A stretch of 20,000 nt of DNA from Ancylonema sp. (GCA_050230475.1 JBFLGF010000089.1:48400-68399), one strand, 5' to 3'; counted from the stretch's first letter, positions 8,871 through 19,500 are shown. The notes: a model not told the origin generated them from the sequence alone. Made by a program: numbers and translations.

Positions 8871-11800
8871 ATGTCGGATAAATCTCAAACGCAATTTACT
8901 GGAGCAGATTACAGAGGATGGGCCTTCAAGGTCAAGTATGGGTTAGCAGACAAGAAGCTGGTGGTCATGGACTAGGACAGCCTGGTGCGGAGGCGTCGTC
9001 CAGATATTGTTATGCCATTGACCCCAGACAATGAGTTGCAACGGACTGCTATTACTGCTAGAGGGATCGACGTGGATGTCGAGAGAAGGGCAAGGGAGCA
9101 GCAGATTTCCCAGCAGGTGCCACACCTCGAGAAATGGGACGAGGAGAATCTGGTTGCAATGTCATATATTGTGAAACATTTGGGCCCTCGGAGCTGACGC
9201 ACATCCCGGACTGCACGACACCTGCCGGGATGTGGGACGCCCTGAAGACTTTCTACATGGTGCAAGGAGCGATCGAGATCGCTAACACTGAGGCGCTGCT
9301 GAGCGCTTTTATTCAGGCGGAGGCTGAGGACCTCAACGTCTACGTGAAGCGGCTGCAGCAGATCCATCAGGACCTGAAGACTCTGGGTGCGCCTGTGACG
9401 CCGATGAAGCAGGCGATCAACCTGCTGAACTCCCTCAACACTCACTACAGCCCTATGGTTTCGACGCTCATGCCGTGGTCCGGAGTCGTCACCGCACCTT
9501 TTTACGATTCCCCACATCGTCAGTGCGCTGCTGCGCGATGACGTCCGGAAAGAGCTGAATGAGCGGAAGAGGGGGGCGCTGCCAGGAGGTCACCAAGCTA
9601 ACTATGGTGGACCTGGAGGTGGTAGCGGAGTTGGAAGCAGCAGCAGACGTGGTGGTGGGGGTGGAGCTGGTCGCAGAGACGCTGGTGGCGTCGAATGCTA
9701 CAACTGCCACCAATTCGGCCACATCAGGGCAAACTTTCTTCACCAGCCGTTGGCGGAGGCCATGCCGGAGCTTGGAAATGCCACAGGTGCCACCAAGCAG
9801 GCCATAGAGCTGCTCAGTGCCCTGCGGCATCGCCAGCAGCTGCCAATGTCGGACACGCACATCAGGGAAGTTCAGGGGGGGAAATCAAGTGCAGATATTG
9901 CAACAATCTAGGGCATTCAACTGACGAGTGTAGAAAACGAGCATCTGACATGGCATTGATGAACCTAGAGGCTGCTCGAAAGGCTGATGCACGGGCACGA
10001 CTTGCTCGCTTTGCTGACACACCTTTCGATGCTAATGTGGATTATCTTGCTTTCGGTGCATTCTCATTTGATGTTGCTCGAGCTTTGTCTCCTGGTTCTC
10101 ACAAAGAGTATCTTATCCTGGATTCAGGGGCTACTGACCACATCTTCACAGAACGTGACCATTTCGTGGAGTACACCCCGACCTTGAGCACGCAAAGGGC
10201 CTTCATCACCACTACTGACGGCTCGTCACACAAGGTAGGAGGCACGGGTTTCGTGCACATCCAAGTCAGGAACGGCAACACGTTCTTCGTGCAGCCTCTC
10301 AACTCTATCCACGTCCCTACCTTTGCCTGCACCCTCGTGTCGACATCATGCCTCGTCAAAAGAGGTGGGCTGAGCTTCTTCTTACAGCCACGGGTCCTGA
10401 ATTGAAAAAGGGGAATGTGAAAGGGGCAGATGTAGTGGAACAACCTAGTGGTCTCACTTTGCTAGCTGCTACCATCATCATGCCTGGGACTCACAATACC
10501 ACAGCAAACTTATCCACAGGCATGATCTGGCATCACAAACTGGGGCTTCAACGGTCCAGTAGATCCTGGCTACGCCTGCGTCGCATCATCCAACAACTCC
10601 TCCGAGCCACTCACCCTCAACCATGCCATGAGGAGGCCAGATTAGGACCAGTGGGACAGAGCCATCGTTGAAGAGCTCGCTGCCCTAGAGACGTTCAACA
10701 CCTTTGAGGTGTGTGTTCTTCCTCCGGGTAAAAAGGTTGTGGGGTGTCGATATGTTTTTAAAGTCAAAATAATACCTAAGGGGGATATTGAAAGATATAA
10801 AGTCAGAATGGTCGCACAGGGATTCTTACAACAAGAAGGGATTGATTATAATGAAGTATTTGCACCAGTTATTGACAGTACATCTATCACCTTACCAAAC
10901 CACTTTGACAGGGAACTGGAACAGATGGACGTAATCACAGCGTTCTAGATGGACGTCTGGAAGAAGATATATAAAAGGGGGTGCTGAGGGAAAGGTCTTA
11001 CGACTGAAGGGTGCTTTGTACGGAGTGAAACAGAGTAGCCACGTGTGGCAAGAAATGTTCAAAAAATTCATGATATCTGAAGGGTTTAAACAATGTGTAA
11101 TGGACACTTGCATATACATGAGGGGAGAGGGGGACAGCAGAATCATACTTGGCATTCATGTAGATGATCAGGTGATCACAGGTCCTAACGCAATGGTGGT
11201 CAAAACATTTAAAGGGGACATGGGTAAAAAGTTTAAAGTCAAGGATCTGGGTCCCCTAACCCATATCCTGGGGGTGGAAGTGAAGAGGGACAAACAAAGA
11301 AAACTGCTCACACCTGGGACAGTCAGGATTCTTGAGGGGCGTCCTAGAACGGTACGGAATGCACGAGTGTAATCCAACAAAACTCCCTCTCGCTCTTGGC
11401 ACACAGTTTACGCAAGATGATGAACCAAACCCCTCCCCCCTACCCCTGAAGAAATAACAAACTTTCGAGGAAAAGTGGGATCACTCATTTACGCCATGAA
11501 ACAAACCAGACTGGACATCGCATATGCACTAGGGGTATTGGCTAAACACATGAGTAATCCTGGGGTCGCACATATAAGGGCATTACATCAACTATTCAGA
11601 TACCTGAAAGGGACTGTCAACCACGGACTGACGTTTGTGGGAGAAGACAGCTTTGAAGTAAAGGGTTACTGCGATGCATCATGGAACAGCTGCTGAATGA
11701 CAGGAAAGTCAGTCACAGGATGGGTAACCACGGTTGGGGGAACAGCACTGAGTTGAAAGTCACAGAAACAGTCCACAGTTGCACAGAGCACAGCTGTGGC

Positions 11801-12119
11801 TGAATATATCGTTGCTTGTAGTGTATCTAAGGAATGCTGCTATCTAAGGTCTCTCTTGAAAAAACTCAAGTTTCCAAACCAAATCACAATCCACACTGAT
11901 TCCACATCAGCTCTCTCCATGATCCGGAACACTGTGCAACGACAGAAAGCAAAACATTTAAATGTTGTGTATCACTGGGTACGAGAATGCCACAGCACTG
12001 GGAGACTAAAGTATGTGTACCTTGCAGGGGCAAACCAACCAGCAGATATGCTAACCAAAGCTCTCCCACAGGTTTTACTGGACAGACACAGCAAAAGTCT
12101 AGGTTTTGGACGGTACTGA
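8871..12119 (+). pseudogene. Degenerate copia gag-pol (gag, three zinc knuckles, aspartic protease, GAG-pre-integrase stub, RT, RNase H) with many frameshifts and stops
   Basis: FTGADYRGWAFKVK (gag N-terminus); KW..E...AM..I and MWDALKTFY (gag core); CX2CX4HX4C motifs at 9696-9931; ILDSGATDH (protease); IWHHKLG; KKVVGCRYVFKVK...RYKVRMVAQGFLQQEGIDYNEVFAPV, QMDVITAF, LYGVKQS, IHVDD (RT); GYCDASW, AEYI, QPADMLTKAL (RNase H). Confidence 0.93.
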
Positions 12120-12290
12120 ACTGCTCGGGGTGTCAGTCTTTTATTTTATTTTATTATAGGAGGTTTCGAATGCCATGCTTGTTGGCAGGGGGTGTGTTTT
12201 GTGTTTCTTTCATGCAGAAGTTCATATGGGGAGGGTACAAAACTTCAGCCCATCCAGCTAAGTCACACTCTTACCTTAATACCTCGTAAA

Positions 12291-12320
12291 GAACACTTAA
12301 GAACACTTAAGGACACTTAA
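12291..12320 (+). repeat. 10-bp tandem repeat G(A/G)ACACTTAA x3 in the copia 3' UTR
   Basis: GAACACTTAA GAACACTTAA GGACACTTAA read directly from the sequence. Confidence 0.85.
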
Positions 12321-12512
12321 GGACAGATCAGAAAGTGCAGATCTGCTCAAGTTTAAAGTTGTCCGTTTGCGCTGAATTTTAGAACGTATGTTTTCATCAA
12401 AGTTGCAAAACTTGTGTCAAAATTTGGTGCTGATAGGTTTGGTAGTTTTGAAGTCATGCTGTTTTGGAATTTCCTGACTGGAAAGTATAAAATGTTGAAA
12501 AAGTTTGTAAAG

Positions 12513-12543
<31 letters not shown>

Positions 12544-12806
12544 TTATTGAGTTTTTGTTTTTTCGCCTTACTTGTGGTATTTGTTTGTTTGTTCAGGGCT
12601 TTGGCCCGAAAAAAGACTAAGGTGCGGGAGCGATCGGCTGAAACACTTCCGATCGGCTGGTTTGTAGATAGGGCCCCCCTAGCACGCTTGTATGTTAGGG
12701 AAGACCACACTACTTTATAGGCTGTGCAATGGTTCTGCCATGATTTAGCCATAACTAGGGTAGTCCCTTGGATGTCAACATCTATGCCAACTTTAGCATG
12801 GCATCC

Positions 12807-12815
12807 GAGGGGGTG
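12807..12815 (+). promoter_or_regulatory. Polypurine tract of the copia element
   Basis: GAGGGGGTG directly 5' of the 3' LTR start TGTAGG at 12816. Confidence 0.85.
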
Positions 12816-13268
12816 TGTAGGAATAGGAATATTTGGATAGCCATACCTTATGCTTGCTAGTCCACTTGTAACCGGTTACTCTAACCGGGAGCAATATTCC
12901 TAGATGTGCTTATATGCGGGGCGAGGCACGATTGTGTCCGGGCACCTGATCTGTTGTCTACACTTAGAGTCGTTATTGCTTGACGTGTCTTGATTGGTTT
13001 GATCTAGTCATGTCAGGAGTGTCCGGCATGTGCCGTTGACACGTAGATGAGTTGCAGCGATAGACCGACGGTCAATTGTACCGACCGTCGGCAACAACGA
13101 CATGTAAAACGCATCGGGTATTACCATCCCGATGCGATCACAATAATTAATTCGTTCCACACACGCAACTCCTGTCTCGTTGATCATCAGTGATAGTGAT
13201 AGAGATCCGTACGGTTCGTTTTGTCGCCCACCAAATCTCCTCCACGTCTAATCACTCAAAAGCTTAAA
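12816..13268 (+). repeat. 3' LTR of the copia element (TGTAGG...CTTAAA)
   Basis: Direct repeat of 8160-8612; preceded by the PPT and followed by TSD CCTTC. Confidence 0.93.
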
Positions 13269-13328
13269 CCTTCCAATTACAATGGGCACAAAAAGTGAAT
13301 CCCGGGTTCCCGGGATAAAGGCATCAAA

Positions 13329-13858
13329 CGCTCAAACCCCGATATTAGAAACCTAAAGTTGTTGGGGGAAAAAATATTATAGCGAATATTTATTATACTA
13401 TGTATAAGAAACTTTGTATGAGAGACCTCGCAAAGATGATTCGTATAACGAGGTTTGGACACGTGCATCCATGCCGTCGAATCTATAAGCGTGCGACATT
13501 ATTATTTAGACATGTGGACGTGCACTACTTGAATTGGGAGTATATTGGCACTCGCGTACTGCGCGTAATTAATTAATTTCAGGCGGTTGCGAGGTATTAG
13601 GTGAGAAAATACATATAATTAGTATTTGATTATAATAAGTATTAACATAAAAATATATTTACTAATAAATAATAATTTAGAAGGGTTCTACTTTATATAA
13701 GAAATCCGTAACAGTAAAAACGAATATTTTTGTTTCTTATATCGGAGTTTCTTATGCTTATATTTGGGGAGTTTTACCAAGGAAAAATAATGTTGATATT
13801 TTTTTTATCTTAGCGAGGAGTTTCTTATATCGTTTTTTTTCATATTGGGGTTTTAGTG
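13329..13858. mobile_element. Degenerate pogo/mariner-like MITE(s)
   Basis: Left CGCTCAAACCCCGATATT and right ATATTGGGGTTTTAGTG followed by TA; internal CTTATATCG repeats; related to the terminus at 19501. Confidence 0.45.
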
Positions 13859-13924
13859 TAACCATTCACACACGTCCTTCTGGCGTACTAAAACTGTCGA
13901 TTATCCATACCACTCGCCACTTTT

Positions 13925-14075
13925 GGCGGGTCGGCGGGTGCATCGCGGGTGGGGCGGGTGAATGGCGGGTGGAGGGCGGGTGGGGGGTGGGCGCTATAGC
14001 ACCCCCCAAAGTATTGAGGGTGAGGTGGGTGTCGGACCCGATCGGATCGCGGGTGGATGAGGGTGGCGGGTGGGC
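13925..14075 (+). repeat. GCGGGT-motif G-rich array (probable TE subterminal repeat; G-quadruplex-type sequence)
   Basis: About eight GCGGGT copies; closely spaced GGG tracts at 13947-13991. Confidence 0.6.
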
Positions 14076-14266
14076 CCCAACACTACTCATGCGTTTATGG
14101 GCGCATACCCGTGTTGGTCTCTCCTCCAGTTTAAATGCCGGGTCATAAATAGTTGGGTTGTTGGCGCTCGCGTTTTGAGCTTGTACCGACCGCACTCGAA
14201 ACTAAGCGCACTTAGCGCGCGCCCGCAACCTCAATGGCGGTCTTACCTAAACCCGTAACCCGTGAC

Positions 14267-14910
14267 TAGCGATGTGAAATTACCGATTACACCTTACACT
14301 TACACTCGTACGTAAAGTGTAACGTAACGTAAAACGTAAAAATACATGTAATTTATACGTTTTACGCATAATCGGTAAGCACAATTGGTAAAATACACGT
14401 TACAGAGCCAAAATTCCCGGTAAACGTAATATCCGGTAAATTTCAGGCATATGAATTAATAAATATTAATTTATACAATAAATAATAAATATAAATATAT
14501 AAATATAAATTTATTTGAAAAAAAAAAAAAAAAAAAACGAAATCAACGAAACGAAAAAACAATCTTTGTCTTTAGTCAGTCACCAAGAATACTAATGTAC
14601 AGTGAATGGCTTCAATGGACTCGAACCTCATAGAATATGACGGCTGGCGAAACGTCATTTGTCAATTTAAGGTCGATTTTATCCTCACAATCGTCATTTA
14701 CGGTAAATACGTGCTTAAATATCTTACCTCTAATTACCATTTACCATAAAAAGTAACGAAATTACCGTCAAGTGTAATTTACACATGTCTTACACTTTAC
14801 ATTTCGCCTGTCCGTAATTTACAAAACAAAAAGACGTTATTCATACGTTACGCGTAAAAAACGGTAATTACTACAGTCCAACCCAAAAATACCGTAATTT
14901 CACAACGCTA
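14267..14910. mobile_element. Non-autonomous hAT element (MITE), 644 bp
   Basis: 17-bp TIRs TAGCGATGTGAAATTAC / GTAATTTCACAACGCTA (16/17); 8-bp TSD CCCGTGAC (14259-14266) / CCCATGAC (14911-14918) with one CpG-type transition; many TTAC/GTAA subterminal repeats; AT-rich centre. Confidence 0.9.
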
Positions 14911-15689
14911 CCCATGACCCTGAGGTAGGAATCCGGAAATAAATAGGCAGCCGAAATTCGGGTTAAAAACCCGCCTCGTACTTGGAAATATCCGGTTTTT
15001 TTGGTGTTTCAAAGTATCTATGAATTTTTCCGAATATTTATATCGAATCAACGAACTTGTGCGGCCTGGCCTTGAGCCCCAAAACCCTCGTTGTGAAGGG
15101 TGAAAACCCTATCTCCTGTCCCCTTGTCGATGGCCTCCACACTATGGTGGTTACTTTTAATGAAATTACTTCGTGAATAAATTTGTCGATTTGAGATTTG
15201 CATTATGCCGGTAGCAACATGGAGACCAATCAGGGTGTTCGTGCACATTTTCAATCTCCTTTCCAATTGTTTAAAAAGGGATTACATCGATGACATGGCA
15301 AATAGGCGCATCATAACAAACAAAAGAACGATTTGTATATCGCGCATCACACATATATCATACAAGCGTCTTCCAAACATCATGTGAGTCTCCAACACAT
15401 CTTAGATACTAGAAGTCCACAACTGTGAAATGTAAAATTCGACGTGGCGGGCACTCGTGGTGATCCCCGATCCAGATTTTGTCGTGTAGCGTCGGCAATC
15501 GCAACCTCCCACGACGTGGAAGATACGTATAAATGTACGGACATGTAAATACGTGTATGAATCTGTACGGATTCCGTACATTATTCGTTTACACTTTCGC
15601 GGGCCGCGAAAATATATTCCTTCACAGAGTTATGCAGGTTTTGGAATAATTATACTCGCCCAACGTCGGGACCGGGATTTTGTATTCCT

Positions 15690-15950
15690 TTAGAGAGGTT
15701 AATCCTTTCGACAATATTCTTTTAGACAGGTTCTACTATGTGATCACTTCCGGGTTTCAACATTTACGGTGTACTATAGTGCTTCCTCGATGTAAGGACC
15801 CTCTTTATGAGGAAAACCTCGATATAAGGACAACTTTTTTGAACTTTTTTTTAAATCATTACAATAGCACCCTCTACATTAGCATAACGATCCTCTTTAT
15901 AAATTTGAACTATTTCACAAATTTGTTAGAAAATGTCCTTATACTCTGTA
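15690..15950. mobile_element. Fragments of pogo/mariner-like MITEs
   Basis: ...AGACAGGTTCTACTAT (right-end-like, ~15739), then TATAGTGCTTCCTCGATGTAAGGAC...AACCTCGATATAAGGAC (left-end-like, 15775-15833). Confidence 0.4.
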
Positions 15951-16699
15951 TATAACGTTGTTTATCGCATGAACAGTGTATGGAAATCGAGAAGAATATA
16001 GAATCCCAAAAAAAAAAAAAACGTCGATGCAAGTGATGAAAATTATGGGTGTAACTAATATTCAACGTTTCTGTCATGCTAGTTAGTGTCGATTCATGTC
16101 GATATGTGTCCGTATTTGTGTCCGTTTGTCATGCCATATTGAAAGTTGTTGGTGACAATCTTTGAATCCATTTCTTCAAATCATGAAAATTTACACAAGG
16201 ATTTGAATAAATATAGTTTGTTGGAATTGATAAGGTTTGAGTATTTTGTTTGCGGCTCACAATTTAGTACTAGTGTAGTTCTCGTCATGACAAGTCTTAG
16301 TTTGTCTTGCTTCTCAACAATTGTCCATGTTGTTCATGACCATAGAGTTTACTCCATGCCGACAAAGGCGTCGCATATAATGCGACGACTTTGTTGCTTT
16401 AACACTTTGATACTCCCCGACTCTTCTCGTAAAGTTGGTGATTTTTTTTTGCTAGTCGCAATGTATTGGTCTCATTACGCACTTGTACAGCTTGCATCAC
16501 AACACCCACGCTGAATTGGATGATGATGCCAAGGCAACTTACAATAGGCAACATGTGAACAACACATTTGCCTATGTATTTCGCCTCATTCACGAAATCC
16601 CTCGAAACAAGGACACACATTTTGAAATCCAGCAGTGAATGTCCTTATGCACTGTCTAAGGACACCTCGATTTTTGATTTTTTTGTGTCTTTATATTGA

Positions 16700-16765
16700 G
16701 GGAGGAGTGTACATTGTCCGCGCGTGTGGGCAACACGCTCAACGGGAGCGGACAAGATTCTTGAC
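16700..16765 (+). pseudogene. CRE-clade non-LTR retrotransposon fragment, piece upstream of the insertion (5' boundary approximate)
   Basis: VYIVRACGQHAQRERTRFLT joins in frame with FLTSSTLGGRGGRVDIV at 18120 when the insert and one 9-bp repeat copy are removed; it matches the segment between the zinc finger and the RxD motif of RLE domains. Confidence 0.7.
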
Positions 16766-18118
16766 GTGCTGTTTGGAGTCGGCCGTCCGGAATGATGTTC
16801 TCAATACTTTGTCTTTTCTGTGAACTGAAATTCTCTCTTTTGATGTCCTCATGACTTTTTCTTCTCTAAGTTCTGAATGTTGACCATCTCATATAGTCAC
16901 AATCTTGTATCGATAAATGTTGGTAATCTTTCATATAGTCACAATGTGGTATTGTGCTCCTCTCACTAAGTAGGATTGCAGATTGAGTCTCTCCTGAGAT
17001 ATCAATATTATATCTATCACACGTCTCAGCGGTCTGGTGAAATTCACTACTTAATGCCGAGGGCGAGCTACCAGATGGTTTATAGTACAAAAGTTTGTGA
17101 AAATACTATATGAAAATACTATAAAGCAAACAAGATAGTCTGGTGCTAACAACCGTAAGAGTTACTTTCGGTGCGAAAGCAAAGTATCGACGGCGCGTCG
17201 ATAAAAGATGCTGGCTCAGAAAGAGCGTCAGCAGACAGGTGTAAACAACAAATGCTGGCTCGGAGCGAGCGACAACAAATACACACACACACAAATGCAA
17301 TTGCCGGTTCGGAGCGAACACAGGCAAATCGATAGATGTTTCACGCACACACACACGCTTGCGGGCTCAGAGAGAGCGTTAGCGAATCGATGTAAGAAAT
17401 TACAGTCGATTAATAAACTGGCTCAAAAAGAGCGTTAGCAACAGATTCAAATGAATCACATCAAATACACACACACACAAATTGCAAAGAATGATTCGCA
17501 ATCTTACCGGCTGGCTGACGGATGTCAAGCAGCCGATGTCGAGCACGTTGCGAAGTCGGGTAAGCGAAGGGATGCAATATTCGCAAAATTGCAAAGGATT
17601 CAGATAACACAGAAGATTGTTGGAGGGGATTTCTTAATAGCGCAATCTGACAGAGGAAGCTGTCAGATCTGAAAGTACGAATTGACTTTTATCACAAAGT
17701 TGTTGCGCGGTGCTAACCGGCAGAGTTGACTAGAGTTAAACTATCGAAGATAGCGACAGGCTGACTTCCAGAACATTACAATTAATCTCGGCGCTCCGAT
17801 GAAAGCGGCGCGAGATATTCCTCTAGTTCTACGGCTGGATTTAATCGCCGGGATTATCGACAAGTCGACTTGCGATTTTAACAAAATCGACACGCAGCTA
17901 TTTGTTGAAGACTCCTCGATGACTGCTGGATTTTAGACTTCGGAAAATACGCCACGCGTTATTTTCGAGTACAAATTTCCGTACTTCACTATTTTCAGCA
18001 AAGTACTAACTCTAGAAAGTCGTTATATCGAATACTCTCGATTTATAGTAGAGTATTAATCTAGAGGAGTATGAACAATCTAGAGGGGTTCCGCCTCAGC
18101 GATCTCTAGCGTCATGAC
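16766..18118. mobile_element. 1.35-kb non-coding insertion of uncertain class (solo/truncated LTR-like or MULE-like)
   Basis: Interrupts the CRE reading frame; flanked by the direct repeat ATTCTTGAC (16757-16765, 18119-18127); internal short repeats; no recognisable coding domain. Confidence 0.75.
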
Positions 18119-18623
18119 ATTCTTGACATCGTCAACTCTAGGGGGTCGCGGGGGGAGGGTGGATATTGTGTTATCGGACCCGGTTTTGGGTCATTCCCTT
18201 CAGGATTTCGTGATCGGAGACCCAACCCGTCGTGATTTGATGAATCGTGCGGCCGAGAAAGGTCTGGTAGTTGCGGAAGACGCGGAGCGGAGGAGAGTGG
18301 CCCGTTATCACAATCGGGCCCTGGGTTCCAAGTTTGTGCCTTTCCCACCGGAGACATACGGCGCCCTTTTGGAGGCTAGCGACCGGTTTTTTCTTGGGGT
18401 GTGCCCATCAAGCGGCGAAGAAGGGCGGCGGGTCGGGGCACCAGCCGTGTTTGTTAGTGTGATGGTATCGTCAACGCGTTTTGGTTGCCCTGCAGCCGTC
18501 TTTAGCACATGCTATCCATGAACATGACATTACGTTTAGAACGGTATGTCTTTGTTGCCCCCCCCCCTTGCCCGTGCGTTGATTATAACAGTTGGGCTAC
18601 GTGTGGTTGCTCGGTTCCCCTAG
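18119..18623 (+). pseudogene. CRE-clade non-LTR retrotransposon, C-terminal restriction-like endonuclease (RLE) domain, degenerate; T-rich putative 3' UTR to ~18750
   Basis: GRVDIVLSD...DFVIGDPTR.DL...AE.RR...Y...FVPFPPETYGAL...DRF then, after a frameshift, CAHQA...LLV*WYRQRVLVALQ..LAHAI: the RxD / D / FVP..ETYG / RQR.SVALQ pattern of CRE-type RLE domains. Confidence 0.82.
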
Positions 18624-18878
18624 TATGTGAGGAACCTTGGCTTTGTATTACTTGCCCTCCTAGGTGTTTTTAGGTTTGTGGTTTTCTTCGTTGTACTCGG
18701 ATGGGGTTCCCATCGTGCTTTCTTTTATAATTCTCGTTTTTACAATAGTAAGGAATACGTAAGTACGCCCCGTACGGTTGTCTCTGACCGGTGGGGACCA
18801 GATCCGTAAAATAAGGAAGGTTTACGACTACCGTACCGTACAGTGGTTGATAACCTACCGAACTACCTAATCACCTAA

Positions 18879-19494
18879 GAGCATAGCTTATGGGACTGAG
18901 GATTCGTCGACTTTGGTTGGGGAGACCCCCTAAATTAATAGACTCCCCAACCAACATGAAAATAAATCGTCAAATCGCTGCTTATCGGAACTAAAGCGAT
19001 TTGAAAATCCATTTTGTAAATCGTCAAGGTGATTTTCCTGAGGATTTGGGGCCTGAATCCTGAGGAAAATCACTATGGGGATTTTGTGTGAGGATTTGTG
19101 TGAGGATTTGTGAGAATAGGACGTTGTCCGTACGTCTAATTTTAGTCGTAAAATGAGAGCGTAGCTCCCGCAACCAATAGGAGACGGTTATTCCCGCAAA
19201 ATACCTACAGAATCTAGGGACCTTAATTTTGACGCGTTGGATGCGGTACTCCGGTCCCGAAACTTCATCCCAACCGTCGATGGATTGTATGGTATGATTG
19301 TTCGAGATACGATGCGTCGTCGTGTGCCACCGTGGCACTGAATTCGAGATCGGTGGAGCTCCCATAAGCAGTACGAAGAGGCATACCGTACAAATTCAAT
19401 TGTTTCAGGTTGGGGATTTCGAAAAAGTCGTACAGTATTTGTACATATCTCCCCAACCAAACTCGGCGAATCCTCAGTCCCATAGGCTATGCTC
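18879..19494. mobile_element. PIF/Harbinger (Tourist-like) MITE, 616 bp
   Basis: 47-bp TIRs GAGCATAGCYTATGGGACTGAGGATTCG...GGGGAGA (3 mismatches); TAA TSD at 18876-18878 and 19495-19497. Confidence 0.92.
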
Positions 19495-19500
19495 TAACTA

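Larger units (their letters stand above)
8160..13268 (+). mobile_element. Ty1/copia LTR retrotransposon, boundary-complete, coding-defective, integrase core deleted
   Basis: Two 453-bp LTRs; 5-bp TSD CCTTC (8155-8159 and 13269-13273); PBS at 8613; PPT at 12807; gag, protease, pre-integrase, RT and RNase H motifs in copia order. Confidence 0.96.

Noticed and set aside
8972..12069. Minus-strand ORFs inside the copia element (e.g. 8972..9517, 181 aa)
   Set aside because: They are antisense to gag/pol segments with biased codon usage and have no domain features.
12417..12752. 111-aa minus-strand ORF in the copia 3' UTR as an env-like or extra gene
   Set aside because: Its hydrophobic stretch is only the translated poly(A/T) tract, and there is no other support.
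17213..17482. Spaced 20-bp repeats as a CRISPR-like array
   Set aside because: Only three imperfect copies with irregular spacing (151 and 56 bp), spacers share sequence, and the context is eukaryotic with no cas genes.
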